Positions 48,564 through 59,111 of a DNA stretch of 64,000 bases are shown piece after piece. Source of the stretch: Vampirovibrionaceae bacterium NZW_1234 (lineage in GTDB: Bacteria; Cyanobacteriota; Vampirovibrionia; Vampirovibrionales; JAGQHJ01). The notes beneath the pieces are model-generated. The model saw nothing but the letters and a program-made list of their open reading frames with translations, was not told the DNA's origin and searched no databases. The stretch is taken from contig JBGUGD010000002.1 of NCBI GenBank assembly GCA_041697335.1, positions 96,001 to 160,000 of the forward strand, given 5' to 3'. How positions within the stretch are numbered: position 1 is the stretch's first letter; the number at the start of each line of letters is the position of its first letter. The position numbers were made by a program, and so were the translations under genes.

Positions 48564-49838
48564 ATGTCTGACACCCCTCGTATTGCTGCCTCGGAGCCCC
48601 AGTCTCGTGTTCTTCTGGAGCCGAAAGTAGACAGTCGGTTTCAGGTGCGCCAGATCATTCCGGAGGCCTCCGGCTTGGAATTGCAACGGGTGCAGTTTGA
48701 TGAAAGCTACCGGCAGGTGGCTGAAAAGAAGTTTCACCATCTCGTTATCAAGGCATCCGCTTTATCGGCTCCCGGGGCCAATATCCTGAAGCAGACCTGC
48801 CTGACTCTGGGGGCTGAAGCCGGTGTGCATCGCGGTGCAATAAACTGTACGGTGGATCGGGAGGCCGTCCTGATTACGGCAACCCAGGCTCAGCTGGAAC
48901 GCCTGATTTTGAAGTTACGACCTCAGCCTTTTGGGTTGAAGCTTTTGGCGGAAAGTATCAGTCGCATGCTCCAGCGGCAAAGGCATCTTGGCCAGAAACA
49001 GCTGGAAGTGATGGCCATTTTGAATATGACCCCGGATTCCTTTTCCGATGGCGGACGTCTCGCTTCCATAGACGCCGTGATTCAAGCGGCACAGACCGCA
49101 TTGGATGCCGGGGCAAAGATTTTGGATGTCGGAGGCGAGTCGACTCGTCCCGGTGCCTCTTGTGTGCCGGTCGAGGAAGAGCTGGCACGGGTTATTCCCG
49201 TGGTTCAAGCCTTACGGCAAACCTTCCCCCAAGCGAAAATCAGCATCGATACCCGGAAGGCCATGGTGGCGCTGCGAGCCGTGGAGGCCGGGGCAAATTG
49301 GGTGAACGATGTTTCCGGGTGCACCTTTGATCCGGACATGATGCTTACCGTCATTGAAACAGGGGCTTCCGTCGTGATGATGCACAGCCAGGGGACACCG
49401 GAAACCATGCAGCAGAATCCCCACTATGACGATGTGGTCGGGGAGATTGCCCGCTTTTTTTACCAGCAATTGGATGCTTTTGTCTCACTTGGGGGCTCGC
49501 CCAACCAAGTCATCCTGGATCCGGGCTTTGGCTTCGGTAAAACCCTGGACCATAACCTGGAAGTGATGCGGCGATTGCCGGAGTTGGTCTCGATTGGCTT
49601 TCCCGTGCTGGTCGGGACATCCCGAAAATCATTTTTGACCCTGGGCCGTCCCGATGACATTCCCGTAACCGAGCGGGAAGCCCTGACGGCAGCGTCACTG
49701 GCTCTTGCCATTCAGTCTGGGGCGTCTATCCTGCGTGTCCATGATGTTTCGGTATTGATGCCTGTTATTCAATGGGTGCAGCAGGTCCAGACGTTTCCTC
49801 TGCCGTTAGTGGTGCCGGAGGAAGATACCCAGGACTAG
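48564..49838 (+). CDS. folP: Dihydropteroate synthase with N-terminal extension
   Basis: ILNMTPDSFSDGG, DVGGESTRPG, SIDT, LDPGFGFGK, GTSRKSF, LRVHDV. Confidence 0.95.
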   Translation: MSDTPRIAASEPQSRVLLEPKVDSRFQVRQIIPEASGLELQRVQFDESYRQVAEKKFHHLVIKASALSAPGANILKQTCLTLGAEAGVHRGAINCTVDREAVLITATQAQLERLILKLRPQPFGLKLLAESISRMLQRQRHLGQKQLEVMAILNMTPDSFSDGGRLASIDAVIQAAQTALDAGAKILDVGGESTRPGASCVPVEEELARVIPVVQALRQTFPQAKISIDTRKAMVALRAVEAGANWVNDVSGCTFDPDMMLTVIETGASVVMMHSQGTPETMQQNPHYDDVVGEIARFFYQQLDAFVSLGGSPNQVILDPGFGFGKTLDHNLEVMRRLPELVSIGFPVLVGTSRKSFLTLGRPDDIPVTEREALTAASLALAIQSGASILRVHDVSVLMPVIQWVQQVQTFPLPLVVPEEDTQD

Positions 49839-50705
49839 TCCGGCAGTGGCCAGATTCATCAGGGCCGTGATGATAGGCTGAGGAGACCCGATACGCTTAC
49901 CAAACGGGTAGGTTAGTGCACAGAGCACCCCTGCAAGGGCTCCTCCCAGATGACCGAAGAGATTGAGTGGATAAGGGCTGCTAATATTCAGTACAACCAT
50001 GACCAGAATATAGCCGATGAGGCTTTGCAGAGTTTTTCCAAAGCTTTGCGACCGATAAACAAGGGCAGCTCTGGCTGATAGGATGATATAGGCCGTTTGG
50101 AAACCATACAGGATTCCAGAGGCGCCTACGGAGTGAGGCACTTGAAAATATAATGTCAGCCAGTCACTGCCCACCATTGCGGTGAGTCCCCACAGCACCA
50201 TAACCCGCCAGCCAATGAGGGACTCTAATAAGTAGCCGAAAATCAGCAACGCAAAGGTGTTGAAGAACAGGTGCTCCCAAGAAGCATGTGAAAAATTGGC
50301 GGTGACAAGACGCCAGTACTCCTGCCGGGTTATCACGCCCGTGAAGTCAAGGTTTGACCATTGGAGAAAGGTCTCTGTGGGCTGACCAAACTGGGGATAA
50401 CTACCGGCCAGATACACCAACACCAGGACAAGCGCAAAGATCATGGTGAACGGCGTATGGATTAACCCTCGAAAGAGGTTTTCATCTTCCCCTGAAAGAG
50501 CCTGATTCGGGGTATTTGATAGATCGGAAACAGGACCAGAAGCGTCGGTCAAGGGGATAACGGCATCCGGGTCCTTTAAGCAGCTGCGGCAAATCATGGT
50601 GCCGTCACTCATAATCAGGCCTAAATCGCCTTGAAGGGGTTTATGGCACCGGGCGCATTGAAATGAGGTTGGGGGGATACTGCTCATCAGTCCGATTTCG
50701 ATCAT
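49806..50705 (-). CDS. Rhomboid protease with N-terminal Cys-rich finger
   Basis: YWRLVTANFSH...HLFFN, VGASG, HLGGALAG; CARC...CRSC. Confidence 0.9.
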   Translation of the reverse strand: MIEIGLMSSIPPTSFQCARCHKPLQGDLGLIMSDGTMICRSCLKDPDAVIPLTDASGPVSDLSNTPNQALSGEDENLFRGLIHTPFTMIFALVLVLVYLAGSYPQFGQPTETFLQWSNLDFTGVITRQEYWRLVTANFSHASWEHLFFNTFALLIFGYLLESLIGWRVMVLWGLTAMVGSDWLTLYFQVPHSVGASGILYGFQTAYIILSARAALVYRSQSFGKTLQSLIGYILVMVVLNISSPYPLNLFGHLGGALAGVLCALTYPFGKRIGSPQPIITALMNLATAGLVLGIFLRHH

Positions 50706-50733
50706 TGTCTTGTCTATGGGACATTCTTAACGC

Positions 50734-50763
50734 AAAAAGCACCATTTTCAAACAATGGTGCTT
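50734..50763 (-). terminator. Intrinsic terminator after rpmJ
   Basis: Minus strand aagcaccatt-gtttgaa-aatggtgcttttt. Confidence 0.75.
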
Positions 50764-50862
50764 CGATAAATATCCGGCCATGGCGGTCAACACAAAAGAT
50801 CGGGAGTGAAGGACCATCCCCGTTGATGATGTGTCTATCGCTGTCGACAGTGTATCGTCAGA

Positions 50863-50976
50863 CTACCCTTGGCGTTGCTTGTGCTTGGGGTTCTCGCAAA
50901 TAACAGCCACACGGCCGCGACGACGAATGACTTTACATTTGTCGCAAATGCGCTTCACCGAGGTTCTGCATTTCAT
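50863..50976 (-). CDS. rpmJ: 50S ribosomal protein L36
   Basis: Manual translation: [37 protein letters not shown]. Confidence 0.97.
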   Translation of the reverse strand: MKCRTSVKRICDKCKVIRRRGRVAVICENPKHKQRQG

Positions 50977-50997
50977 GGGCTTCTTTCCTTCTTCGTT

Positions 50998-51216
50998 TTA
51001 TTTCATCCGGTAAGTGATTCGGCCCCGGGTGAGGTCGTAAGGTGTCAATTCCACTTTGACACGATCGCCGGGCAAAATCCGGATAAAGTTCTTACGTATC
51101 TTACCAGAAATATGAGCCAAAATCGAAACCCCATTTTCCAACTCGACGCGAAACATGGCATTGGGCAAGGATTCTTGAATGGTGCCTTCAATTTCAATGA
51201 CGTCTTTGCTGCTCAT
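50998..51216 (-). CDS. infA: Translation initiation factor IF-1
   Basis: [13 protein letters not shown]...[24 protein letters not shown]. Confidence 0.98.
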   Translation of the reverse strand: MSSKDVIEIEGTIQESLPNAMFRVELENGVSILAHISGKIRKNFIRILPGDRVKVELTPYDLTRGRITYRMK

Positions 51217-51983
51217 GAAAATTTTGTCCGATCCGTAGTAATGAGGGGGCCATCTTCTGTGACTATAACTGTATGCTCAAAATGCGCCGATGGCAAGCCA
51301 TCTTGTGTGACAACGGTCCAATTGTCGTCAAGGGTGTAAACATCTTCGGTGCCCATATTAAACATGGGTTCAATGGCAAGAACAACCCCAGGTCGCAATT
51401 CCGGACCTTTGTTACCAGTGCGGTAGTTGTGAACAAAGGGTTCTTCATGGAGCTTTTTGCCAATGCCATGACCGCCATACATCCGTACCAGGCCATAGCC
51501 ATATTTCAGACAGACATCTTCCACAGCCCCGGAAACATCTTCCAGATAATTGCCGGCAACCATCTTATCAATGGCTGCATACAGGGACTCGTTGGTGGCG
51601 TCGAGCAGCTTTTGGGCGTCTTCGGAAATCTTGCCGACACCAATGGTAATGGCGGAATCGCCACACATGCCCTTGTACGTGGCACCACAGTCCAGGCTGA
51701 TCACATCGCCTTCTTTCAGAATCTTGTCGGCACGGGGAATCCCGTGTACCACCTCGTCATTCACCGAGGTGCATAAGGTCCCGGTGAATCCGTGGTAACC
51801 CTTAAATGTGGGCACGGCACCGGCCTTGCGGATCTGCTGTTCGGCAATCTGGTCCAGGTCCAATGTGGACATCCCCGGCTCAATGACCTTAATCAGGTGG
51901 AGCAGGGTTTGAGCAACGATTTGGCCGGCCTCTTGCATCAAGGCGAGTTCATGGCGACTTTTACGTTCGATGGGCTTGTTCAT
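51213..51983 (-). CDS. map: Methionine aminopeptidase type I
   Basis: [34 protein letters not shown]. Confidence 0.97.
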   Translation of the reverse strand: MNKPIERKSRHELALMQEAGQIVAQTLLHLIKVIEPGMSTLDLDQIAEQQIRKAGAVPTFKGYHGFTGTLCTSVNDEVVHGIPRADKILKEGDVISLDCGATYKGMCGDSAITIGVGKISEDAQKLLDATNESLYAAIDKMVAGNYLEDVSGAVEDVCLKYGYGLVRMYGGHGIGKKLHEEPFVHNYRTGNKGPELRPGVVLAIEPMFNMGTEDVYTLDDNWTVVTQDGLPSAHFEHTVIVTEDGPLITTDRTKFS

Positions 51984-52672
51984 ACCACCATTGTATCTGA
52001 GGTTTTGAAGAATTTATCGACGTGTTGACGGATATCTTCAAATACGACATCGATAGCTTGGTCAGCATTAATGCGCTGAAGCAGGCTTTTCTTGTCGTAA
52101 TAGTCCACCAAGGGCGACGTTTCTTCCTGATACGCTTTGAGTCGGTTTTCGATGACCTCGGGACGATCGTCCTTGCGAGTAACCAGCTCACTTTGGCACG
52201 CGTCGCAGGTGTTTTCCTGCTTCGGCGGCTTAAGCTTAAGGTTGTACTTGGCATCGCACTTCGGACAGGTCACACGGTAGGCCAGGCGATCCATTAAAAT
52301 CTCATAGGGTGTTTCCAGATACAATACGGAATCCAAGGTCAAACGCAGTTCCATCAGGACTGCATCCAAGCCGTCCACCTGGCTCAGGTTACGGGGGAAA
52401 CCGTCAAATAAATACCCGGCTTTATTTTCAGGAATGCGAACCATGGCAGCCTTAATTACTTTCATAACCAGTTCAAAAGGAACCAATTCGCCTTTATCCA
52501 CGTAAGCCTTGGCTTCTTTGCCCAAGTCAGACTCAGAGGCAATTTCCTGACGTAAGCTTTGACCGGTATCAATGTGAAAGAGTTTGTAATGCTCTGCCAT
52601 TCGCTGAGCTTGGGTGCCTTTACCGACACCGGGCATCCCCAGAAGAATAAGGACTCGCTTTTGCTGTGTCAT
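51980..52672 (-). CDS. adk: Adenylate kinase
   Basis: GMPGVGKGTQA, FDGFPRN, zinc LID CPKC...CDAC, RKDD. Confidence 0.97.
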   Translation of the reverse strand: MTQQKRVLILLGMPGVGKGTQAQRMAEHYKLFHIDTGQSLRQEIASESDLGKEAKAYVDKGELVPFELVMKVIKAAMVRIPENKAGYLFDGFPRNLSQVDGLDAVLMELRLTLDSVLYLETPYEILMDRLAYRVTCPKCDAKYNLKLKPPKQENTCDACQSELVTRKDDRPEVIENRLKAYQEETSPLVDYYDKKSLLQRINADQAIDVVFEDIRQHVDKFFKTSDTMVV

Positions 52673-54021
52673 GGTTTCAAGAACCCTTCATACTGCCGTG
52701 CTAACAAATTGACTTTGATCTGATTCACGAAGTCCAAGGCAACCCCCACCATAATAATGAGCGATGTGGCCCCAAGCCCTCGAAAGACCATGACACCCGA
52801 AGCTTGACCCAAGGCCGATTCGATACTGTTCGGAACCAAGGCCAGAAAAGCCATAAAGGCGGCACCAATAAAGACAATTCGAGACAACATGGTCTGCAGG
52901 AATTCGGAGGTGGGACGCCCCGGCTTAATTCCCGGAATGGAACTGCCGTATTTCTTCAGGTTGTCGGCAATGTCTTTGGGTTGCATGTTGGGCATGATGG
53001 ATGCGTAGAAAAAGGTGAAAAAGAAGATCAACAGCACTTCCAAGCCGATATAGAGCCACCCGCCCTGAGACAGATATTTGCTCAAAAACAACACGACCGG
53101 CTCAAAGCTCCCCATCTTGGCGTTACTGCGAACCAACATATTCAGCAAGGTAACGGGGAAGGCCAAAACCGAGAATGCGAAGATGATGGGCAATACCCCG
53201 CCCGGATTGATTTTAAACGGAATATGGGTGCTCTGACCGCCATAGACTTTGTTCCCGACCTGACGCTTGGCACTCACAATAAAGACCTTGCGGGTAGCCT
53301 CCTGTAACACAACAACAAAACCAATGGTGGCAAAGAAAACCAGCAGGGTTAAGAGCAACATAAAGGCATCGGCTGGGGTTCCAGAGGCAGCAGCGGCTCC
53401 AATCTGAGAAAAAGTCACCGGCAGACGGGAGATGATCCCGATAAAGATCAGCAATGAGCCACCATTCCCGACACCGCGATCGGTGATGAGTTCGGCCACC
53501 CATAAACTGAGAATAGCGCCCGCTGTCATCGAGAGAACGCCGACGACGGCAAAGACCGCAGGATTGACGCCGGGCAACATGCCCCCGAAACGCATTACGA
53601 AGTTAATAATGATGAACGACTGCATAATCCCCAGAAACACCGTTAAGTAGCGGGTGTATTGGGCAATTTTACGGCGTCCTTGCTCACCTTCTTCCTTTTG
53701 CAAGGATTCCAGGTGGGGAATAACCACGGTGAGCAACTGAATGATAATCGAGGCGGTAATATAGGGGCCGATACCCAACCCCACGATAGAGAGCTTACCC
53801 AGCGCCCCGCCGGAAAACATATCCAGAAAACCGATGAACTGGGCCGCTGCACTGTTGGCAAACACCTGGGGATCAACTCCCCAGATAGGTATGTGAGCGG
53901 CGAATCGGTACACGACAATCATCATCGCCGTGAAAATCAGTTTTTCTTTCAGCCCGGAGGCATTCCAAATCGCCAATAAATCATCTTTATTGGGAAGTCG
54001 TCGAGGTGCTGTTTTTGCCAA
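52669..54021 (-). CDS. secY: Preprotein translocase SecY
   Basis: LGIGPYITASIIIQLL, GVGNGGSLLIFIGI, GVLPIIFA, IPGIKPG, GATSLIIMVGV; TTG start. Confidence 0.97.
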   Translation of the reverse strand: MAKTAPRRLPNKDDLLAIWNASGLKEKLIFTAMMIVVYRFAAHIPIWGVDPQVFANSAAAQFIGFLDMFSGGALGKLSIVGLGIGPYITASIIIQLLTVVIPHLESLQKEEGEQGRRKIAQYTRYLTVFLGIMQSFIIINFVMRFGGMLPGVNPAVFAVVGVLSMTAGAILSLWVAELITDRGVGNGGSLLIFIGIISRLPVTFSQIGAAAASGTPADAFMLLLTLLVFFATIGFVVVLQEATRKVFIVSAKRQVGNKVYGGQSTHIPFKINPGGVLPIIFAFSVLAFPVTLLNMLVRSNAKMGSFEPVVLFLSKYLSQGGWLYIGLEVLLIFFFTFFYASIMPNMQPKDIADNLKKYGSSIPGIKPGRPTSEFLQTMLSRIVFIGAAFMAFLALVPNSIESALGQASGVMVFRGLGATSLIIMVGVALDFVNQIKVNLLARQYEGFLKP

Positions 54022-54040
54022 TTGTCTCTACCCTTACCGG

Positions 54041-54559
54041 TTATGCGTCACACTGTTGACCCAAAAGTTTTACCTGGCCACCTGCGGCTTCAATCTTTTG
54101 ACGGGCCGAAGGGGTTACGTGATGCGCTTCAACCACGATTTTTGCTTTGATCTCGCCGTTGCCCAAAATGCGGACACCGTCAAAGCGATTGGGGTTGAAA
54201 CGACCGACCAGTTGAAGTTTTTCATAGGTCAACTCGGACTCACCCGGAATTAGGCAATCTTCCAAATCACCGACGTTGAGCTCAACCCATTGCTTGCGGT
54301 TGATGAGCTCAAAGCCATCGATGTGAGGCAAACGACGGTACAGGGGCATTTGACCGCCTTCAAAACCTCTTTTCTTGCTCAAGCCAGAACGCTGGCCTTC
54401 ACCGTTGTGACCCCGATTACTGGTTTTACCAGCACCGGAGGCCCGGCCGCGACCAACCCGAAGTTTATTCTTGGTAGCGCCTTTGGCGGGCTTCAAATCC
54501 CCAAGGGTCAGTCTTTTTTCAGGGGCTTGAGCGGTAGCTTCTTTTTTTGCACGAGCCAT
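54041..54559 (-). CDS. rplO: 50S ribosomal protein L15
   Basis: RVGRG, GFEGGQMPLYRRLP, KIEAAGG. Confidence 0.97.
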   Translation of the reverse strand: MARAKKEATAQAPEKRLTLGDLKPAKGATKNKLRVGRGRASGAGKTSNRGHNGEGQRSGLSKKRGFEGGQMPLYRRLPHIDGFELINRKQWVELNVGDLEDCLIPGESELTYEKLQLVGRFNPNRFDGVRILGNGEIKAKIVVEAHHVTPSARQKIEAAGGQVKLLGQQCDA

Positions 54560-54561
54560 GG

Positions 54562-54750
54562 TTATGCAGCCTCCACTTTCACGAGGTAAGACACTTTGTG
54601 CAGCATACCCAGGATGATGGGGGTTTCAAAGTGCTGTACCACTTGGTTCGTTTTATATAAACCCAACGCACGAACAATTTTTTTGTGCTGTTCGGGACGC
54701 CCGATGACACTTTTCACCAGGGTCACTTTAATTTTTCTTGGTTCTGCCAT
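54562..54750 (-). CDS. rpmD: 50S ribosomal protein L30
   Basis: KIKVTLVKSVIGR...ALGL...GMLHKVSYLVKVE. Confidence 0.95.
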   Translation of the reverse strand: MAEPRKIKVTLVKSVIGRPEQHKKIVRALGLYKTNQVVQHFETPIILGMLHKVSYLVKVEAA

Positions 54751-54763
54751 GGTTGGTAGACTC

Positions 54764-55399
54764 CTAACTGATCATTTCTTTCACGGTCAACCCGCGAGCT
54801 TGCGCCACTTCCTTAAACGTCCGCAATTGGGACAGGCCTTTGATGGTTGCCCGGGCAACGTTCAAGGGCGAGTTGGACCCCAGGGACTTGGAGAGAATGT
54901 TGTGAACCCCGGCCAATTCGAGAACGGCACGAGCAGCACCACCGGCAATAACACCGGTACCTTCAGAGGCTGGACGCATGACAACAAAGCTGCTACCGGC
55001 TTTGGCCTGGATAGAATGAGGAATGGTCATGGCATGGATGGGAACGTTGATTAAGCTCTTCTTGGCGGCGGCAACACCTTTTTGGATGGCACCGATAACT
55101 TCGCTGGATTTGCCAATCCCAAGACCAACTTGACCTTCGCCATTGCCAACAACAACAACGGCACGGAAACTGAGCTTCTTACCGCCTTTAACAACCTTGG
55201 TTACCCGACGGATTTGAATAACTTTTTCTTTCCATTCGCTACTTAACGCTTCGGTAGCGGCTTTATCAGTCTCAAGGCGTTGCATTGCACGTTGGTTCTG
55301 AGGAGATCCTGCTCCAGCATCACCACCCTGTTTGGGACCTTGGCCACCAGGACCGCGACGTCTTTGTTGGTTGTCTCGTTTTTCCATTTGTTCATCCAT
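54764..55399 (-). CDS. rpsE: 30S ribosomal protein S5 with N-terminal extension
   Basis: [33 protein letters not shown]. Confidence 0.97.
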   Translation of the reverse strand: MDEQMEKRDNQQRRRGPGGQGPKQGGDAGAGSPQNQRAMQRLETDKAATEALSSEWKEKVIQIRRVTKVVKGGKKLSFRAVVVVGNGEGQVGLGIGKSSEVIGAIQKGVAAAKKSLINVPIHAMTIPHSIQAKAGSSFVVMRPASEGTGVIAGGAARAVLELAGVHNILSKSLGSNSPLNVARATIKGLSQLRTFKEVAQARGLTVKEMIS

Positions 55400-55760
55400 T
55401 CCACTGATTACTGCTGAACTTGTTTACTCGGGGTTGGTGCGGGTGCTCCTTCCAGTCTATCCAGGAAAGGGAGCCTCCGAGAGGAAAATTTTTAAGCTGG
55501 CACACTGTGGTATCCAATTTTGAGGGAGGTTCGGGGCTGAAAGCGAGGACTTAACCCTTTCTGGACACATACAATTGTGCTCTATAGATTGTTGCAGAAA
55601 GGTAGTTGAAAGATCAAGCATGTCATCATTTTTTACCCATTGGTGGGATCATAGCCGGTTTTAGCCTTGTCGACAACTGACTCGTCTCGGGACCAGTGTT
55701 GTATTCCGTGAGGGGGCCCAGGTGTGATAGTGAGAGATAAACAGATGTGTCGGGTGTGAA

Positions 55761-56927
55761 TTACCGTAAGAAGCCAAGAGGGTTTACTGGGCGACCGTTT
55801 AAACGTACTTCAAAGTGTAAGTGAGCACCCGTAGAGAAACCTGTTGATCCGACATAGCCAACCACTTGTCCTTTGGAAACTTGCTGTCCGTTTCCAACAG
55901 CAATAGAAGACATATGGCCATATAAGGTACTCAGGTTCTGTCCGCCTCGGCTGCCATGGTTGATGATAACCACTTTTCCGTACCCACCTTGCCATCCGGC
56001 AGTAATAATCCGTCCACCATCAGCTGCCCGAATAGGGGTGCCATAGCCGACACCAAAATCGATGCCGCTATGAAATCGCATCGAGCGGAAGATGGGGTGA
56101 ACTCGATATCCAAACCCCGACGTAACACGCCCGCCAACAGGAGCCATGAATCGGCCTGTACTTCCGAGAACGGCACCTCCCCCGGAGGTCATTGACATAA
56201 TTTGGCGCTCAATGGTCATAGACTCTCGCTCAAGCTGGTTTTCTGCCATTTCATAGGCTTCCCGGCTTGTCTTGAGCTTCTCAACCAGCATCTTATCCAG
56301 GTGCATGGCCTCGTTGAGTTGCTCCTGATAAGACTCAATACGTTGTATCGTCCCTGCGAGTCTCGCTTTTTCCTGTATCAACGCACCTTTCTTTTTTTCA
56401 AGCAGCTGGGTTTTTGTAATGAACGAGGCATACAGTTCTTTGTCTTTGGCAAAGATCCGCTTCTTATAGTAGAACCTATCCAACATGGTGGAAATATCGC
56501 CGGCATCCAGGAGCAGATGGAGAAAGCTCATGCGCTCACCCATATAAAGGCTCCTTAATCGTTTCCCCACTTGTTGGGCGAGCCGTTGTTGCTGGGCTAA
56601 GAGGATGTCCAGAGATGCTTCCAGATCTTTAAGCTGGGATTTGGTTTGAACTAAAAGCTCCTGCTGGGCACTCATGGAGGTTTTACTGGATTCCAGACGC
56701 TTTTGGTTTTGAAGAATGTTATAGGTGACGTATTTCTCTTTCAAGAGAATCTGGTGTTTGAGCTGTTTGATCCGTTGAATTTCTTGTTGGGTACGTTTTT
56801 TCTTTTGCTCAAGGTGTTTAAGGCTAACAGCTTGAGCTTCAGGCATGAAAAATCCTAATGGCTCCCATGAAAACGTCAGAGCCACGAAAATAATTCCTAT
56901 TATCCATTGTCGGAGAAGGATGTTCAT
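55761..56927 (-). CDS. Coiled-coil M23 peptidase (EnvC/NlpD-like)
   Basis: HSGIDF, TLYGHMS, GSTGFSTGAHLHFEVR. Confidence 0.93.
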   Translation of the reverse strand: MNILLRQWIIGIIFVALTFSWEPLGFFMPEAQAVSLKHLEQKKKRTQQEIQRIKQLKHQILLKEKYVTYNILQNQKRLESSKTSMSAQQELLVQTKSQLKDLEASLDILLAQQQRLAQQVGKRLRSLYMGERMSFLHLLLDAGDISTMLDRFYYKKRIFAKDKELYASFITKTQLLEKKKGALIQEKARLAGTIQRIESYQEQLNEAMHLDKMLVEKLKTSREAYEMAENQLERESMTIERQIMSMTSGGGAVLGSTGRFMAPVGGRVTSGFGYRVHPIFRSMRFHSGIDFGVGYGTPIRAADGGRIITAGWQGGYGKVVIINHGSRGGQNLSTLYGHMSSIAVGNGQQVSKGQVVGYVGSTGFSTGAHLHFEVRLNGRPVNPLGFLR

Positions 56928-57381
56928 TGAATTCGGTCTAGAACATCGACATCAAAAAAGGGATCAAGGCAGAAGCAATAAAAAGGACTGCAATCAATCC
57001 AGCAATCCACCGGGCCTGTTGCCGCAAAAAATCCATCATCACGTCATTTACTCTCGCTTTGGGCTGTGTCCACTCTCAAAAGACATTATGCATTATTTTA
57101 GCGCAGGAATGATATAGACAAAACCGGAACCCAGGCTGAGGGAAAAATGTATCTTCGTGTAAACCATTGTAACGTCTTATGTAAGGCTTAAGCCTAGAGG
57201 GTTTTGCCGACTTGGCCTAGTCAGTTGGGTCTCTTGAATGTAACAAAAGTTGCCTATTTTAGAAACTAAAACACACTGCAATTAAAGCTTTGTATCAATC
57301 AACCGATATCCCATTCATAAGCAATACGTTCCCCATTAATGACCCCCACGGATGAGGGAGCGGAAGTTGAGAGGTAAGAGT

Positions 57382-57549
57382 ATGCCCCCCAAAGATTTGT
57401 CCCAAGAGCGTATGCCAAGCCGTAACATCGCTCAACCCGTGTACTTTATCCTCAAAGGCGCTGAAAAAAGACGAACCATGGCCACCCGCAAAGCCAAGCA
57501 TTTGCAGCGGGAGCTCGGTGTCATTCCTAAACTGACCAGCGTCAAATAG
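57382..57549 (+). CDS. Small basic hypothetical protein
   Basis: GAGGT RBS; 55 aa; no recognised motif. Confidence 0.35.
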   Translation: MPPKDLSQERMPSRNIAQPVYFILKGAEKRRTMATRKAKHLQRELGVIPKLTSVK

Positions 57550-57794
57550 AGTACGCTTCAAGCAGAATTATCTTTTCTTACTCGTTTTTCTTTTTCTTAT
57601 TTTTTAACCACCTAACTCAAAACAAATGTGAGACCAATGCCTCACAGCGCCCACCGGCCCTCCGGCCGACGGCGCATCCTTAGGGTGTGGAAGACCGGGT
57701 TTTACGACTTTCGGTCTTCTATTTTTTTTGTTTGCATATCTCATTTCGTTTGACTGCCTTGGCAGGTCGAGTGGGTTTATGCCATCATATCGGC

Positions 57795-59072
57795 ATGATG
57801 ACCCCTGAGCGAATTGCCTCGCTGATTGAGGCCGCCGAAGATGCACTCGAGCCCTATTGGGCTGAGCTGGAATCCAGGTGCCATACTAACCTGGAGCGTA
57901 TTTTAGATGCGTTTTTACAGCATGGCTTAAGTGAAGAGCACTTTTTTTCCGTGACCGGTTACGGGCACCATGATCGGGGCCGTGAGGTTACGGATGCAAT
58001 TTTTGCCCATGCACTTCATGCCGAAGCGGCTCTTGTTCGATTGCAGTTTGTGTCAGGGACTCATGCCATTGCCTGTGCCTTGCGTGGCTGTATCGTCCCC
58101 GGAGAAGATTCTCTGCTGACGGTGACGGGCAGCCCCTATGACACGTTGGAAGAGGTCTTGGGCCTTCGGGGGGAGAGCCCTTTGAGCTTGAGGCGCCAGG
58201 GGATTCCATGTGATCAGATTGATCTTTTGAATGATGGTCACCTCCGTACGACATTTACCGATGAGGAGTTTGCCGCAATTCAAAGTGCCACGACGATTTT
58301 TATTCAGCGCTCCCGAGGATATGGCTTACGGCCTTCACTTTCGTTGGCCGATGTTCGGGATTTGATTGCAGCGCTTCGTTCTGTAAAGCCGGTACTCAAG
58401 ATTGTGGTGGACAATTGCTACGGTGAGTTTGTAGACACCCTGGAGCCCCCGGCGGTTGGAGCGGACCTGATTGCCGGGTCCCTGATCAAGAATCCCGGCG
58501 GGGGGATTGTTCCCACCGGAGCCTATGTTGCTGGGAAAAAACAATGGGTCGCCGCTGCGGCAGATGCCTTAACGGCACCCGGCATTGGGGCTAAAGGTGG
58601 CTATACATTTGATTCAACCCGATTAATCCTTCAAGGGCTTTATTTTGCGCCTACGGTCACCAAGGAATCGTTAAAAGGAATGAGCCTTCTGTCTCATGTG
58701 TTTGAAGCCCTAGGATATGACGTCAGTCCCAGGGTGAGTGAAGGACAGGCGGATATTATTCAGGTGATTAAGCTGGGTGAAGAAGACAAGGTTTTGAAGT
58801 TCTGCAAGGCTCTTCAGTCCGTGAGCCCGGTTGATGCCCGGTTGACCCCGATTCCCTATGCAACACCCGGTTATGCTGACCCGGTCGTTATGGCCGGTGG
58901 AACATTTATTTTTGGCTCTACCATTGAGTTGTCAGCAGATGCACCTATGCGGCCCCCGTATGCTGTGTTTCTGCAAGGCGGCTTGACCTACAGTCATGTT
59001 CGCTATGCGGTCAAACGGATTCTGGAGTCGCTGTATGCGGATACGGCTGATGCGATGAGCTTGGCCTTGTAG
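57795..59072 (+). CDS. YnbB-like methionine gamma-lyase family (aluminium resistance) protein
   Basis: FVSGTHAI, PYDTLEEV, IQRSRGY, VDNCYGEF, AGSLIKNPGGG, MAGGTFIFGSTIELSAD. Confidence 0.92.
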   Translation: MMTPERIASLIEAAEDALEPYWAELESRCHTNLERILDAFLQHGLSEEHFFSVTGYGHHDRGREVTDAIFAHALHAEAALVRLQFVSGTHAIACALRGCIVPGEDSLLTVTGSPYDTLEEVLGLRGESPLSLRRQGIPCDQIDLLNDGHLRTTFTDEEFAAIQSATTIFIQRSRGYGLRPSLSLADVRDLIAALRSVKPVLKIVVDNCYGEFVDTLEPPAVGADLIAGSLIKNPGGGIVPTGAYVAGKKQWVAAAADALTAPGIGAKGGYTFDSTRLILQGLYFAPTVTKESLKGMSLLSHVFEALGYDVSPRVSEGQADIIQVIKLGEEDKVLKFCKALQSVSPVDARLTPIPYATPGYADPVVMAGGTFIFGSTIELSADAPMRPPYAVFLQGGLTYSHVRYAVKRILESLYADTADAMSLAL

Positions 59073-59111
59073 GTGTTGAACACGGGTGGTTTGAACAAAC
59101 TAATCAAACTA

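Noticed and set aside
48564..48990. FolP N-terminal extension as a novel fusion
   Set aside because: Long-form FolP proteins with such an extension occur in other bacteria, and nothing here is specific.
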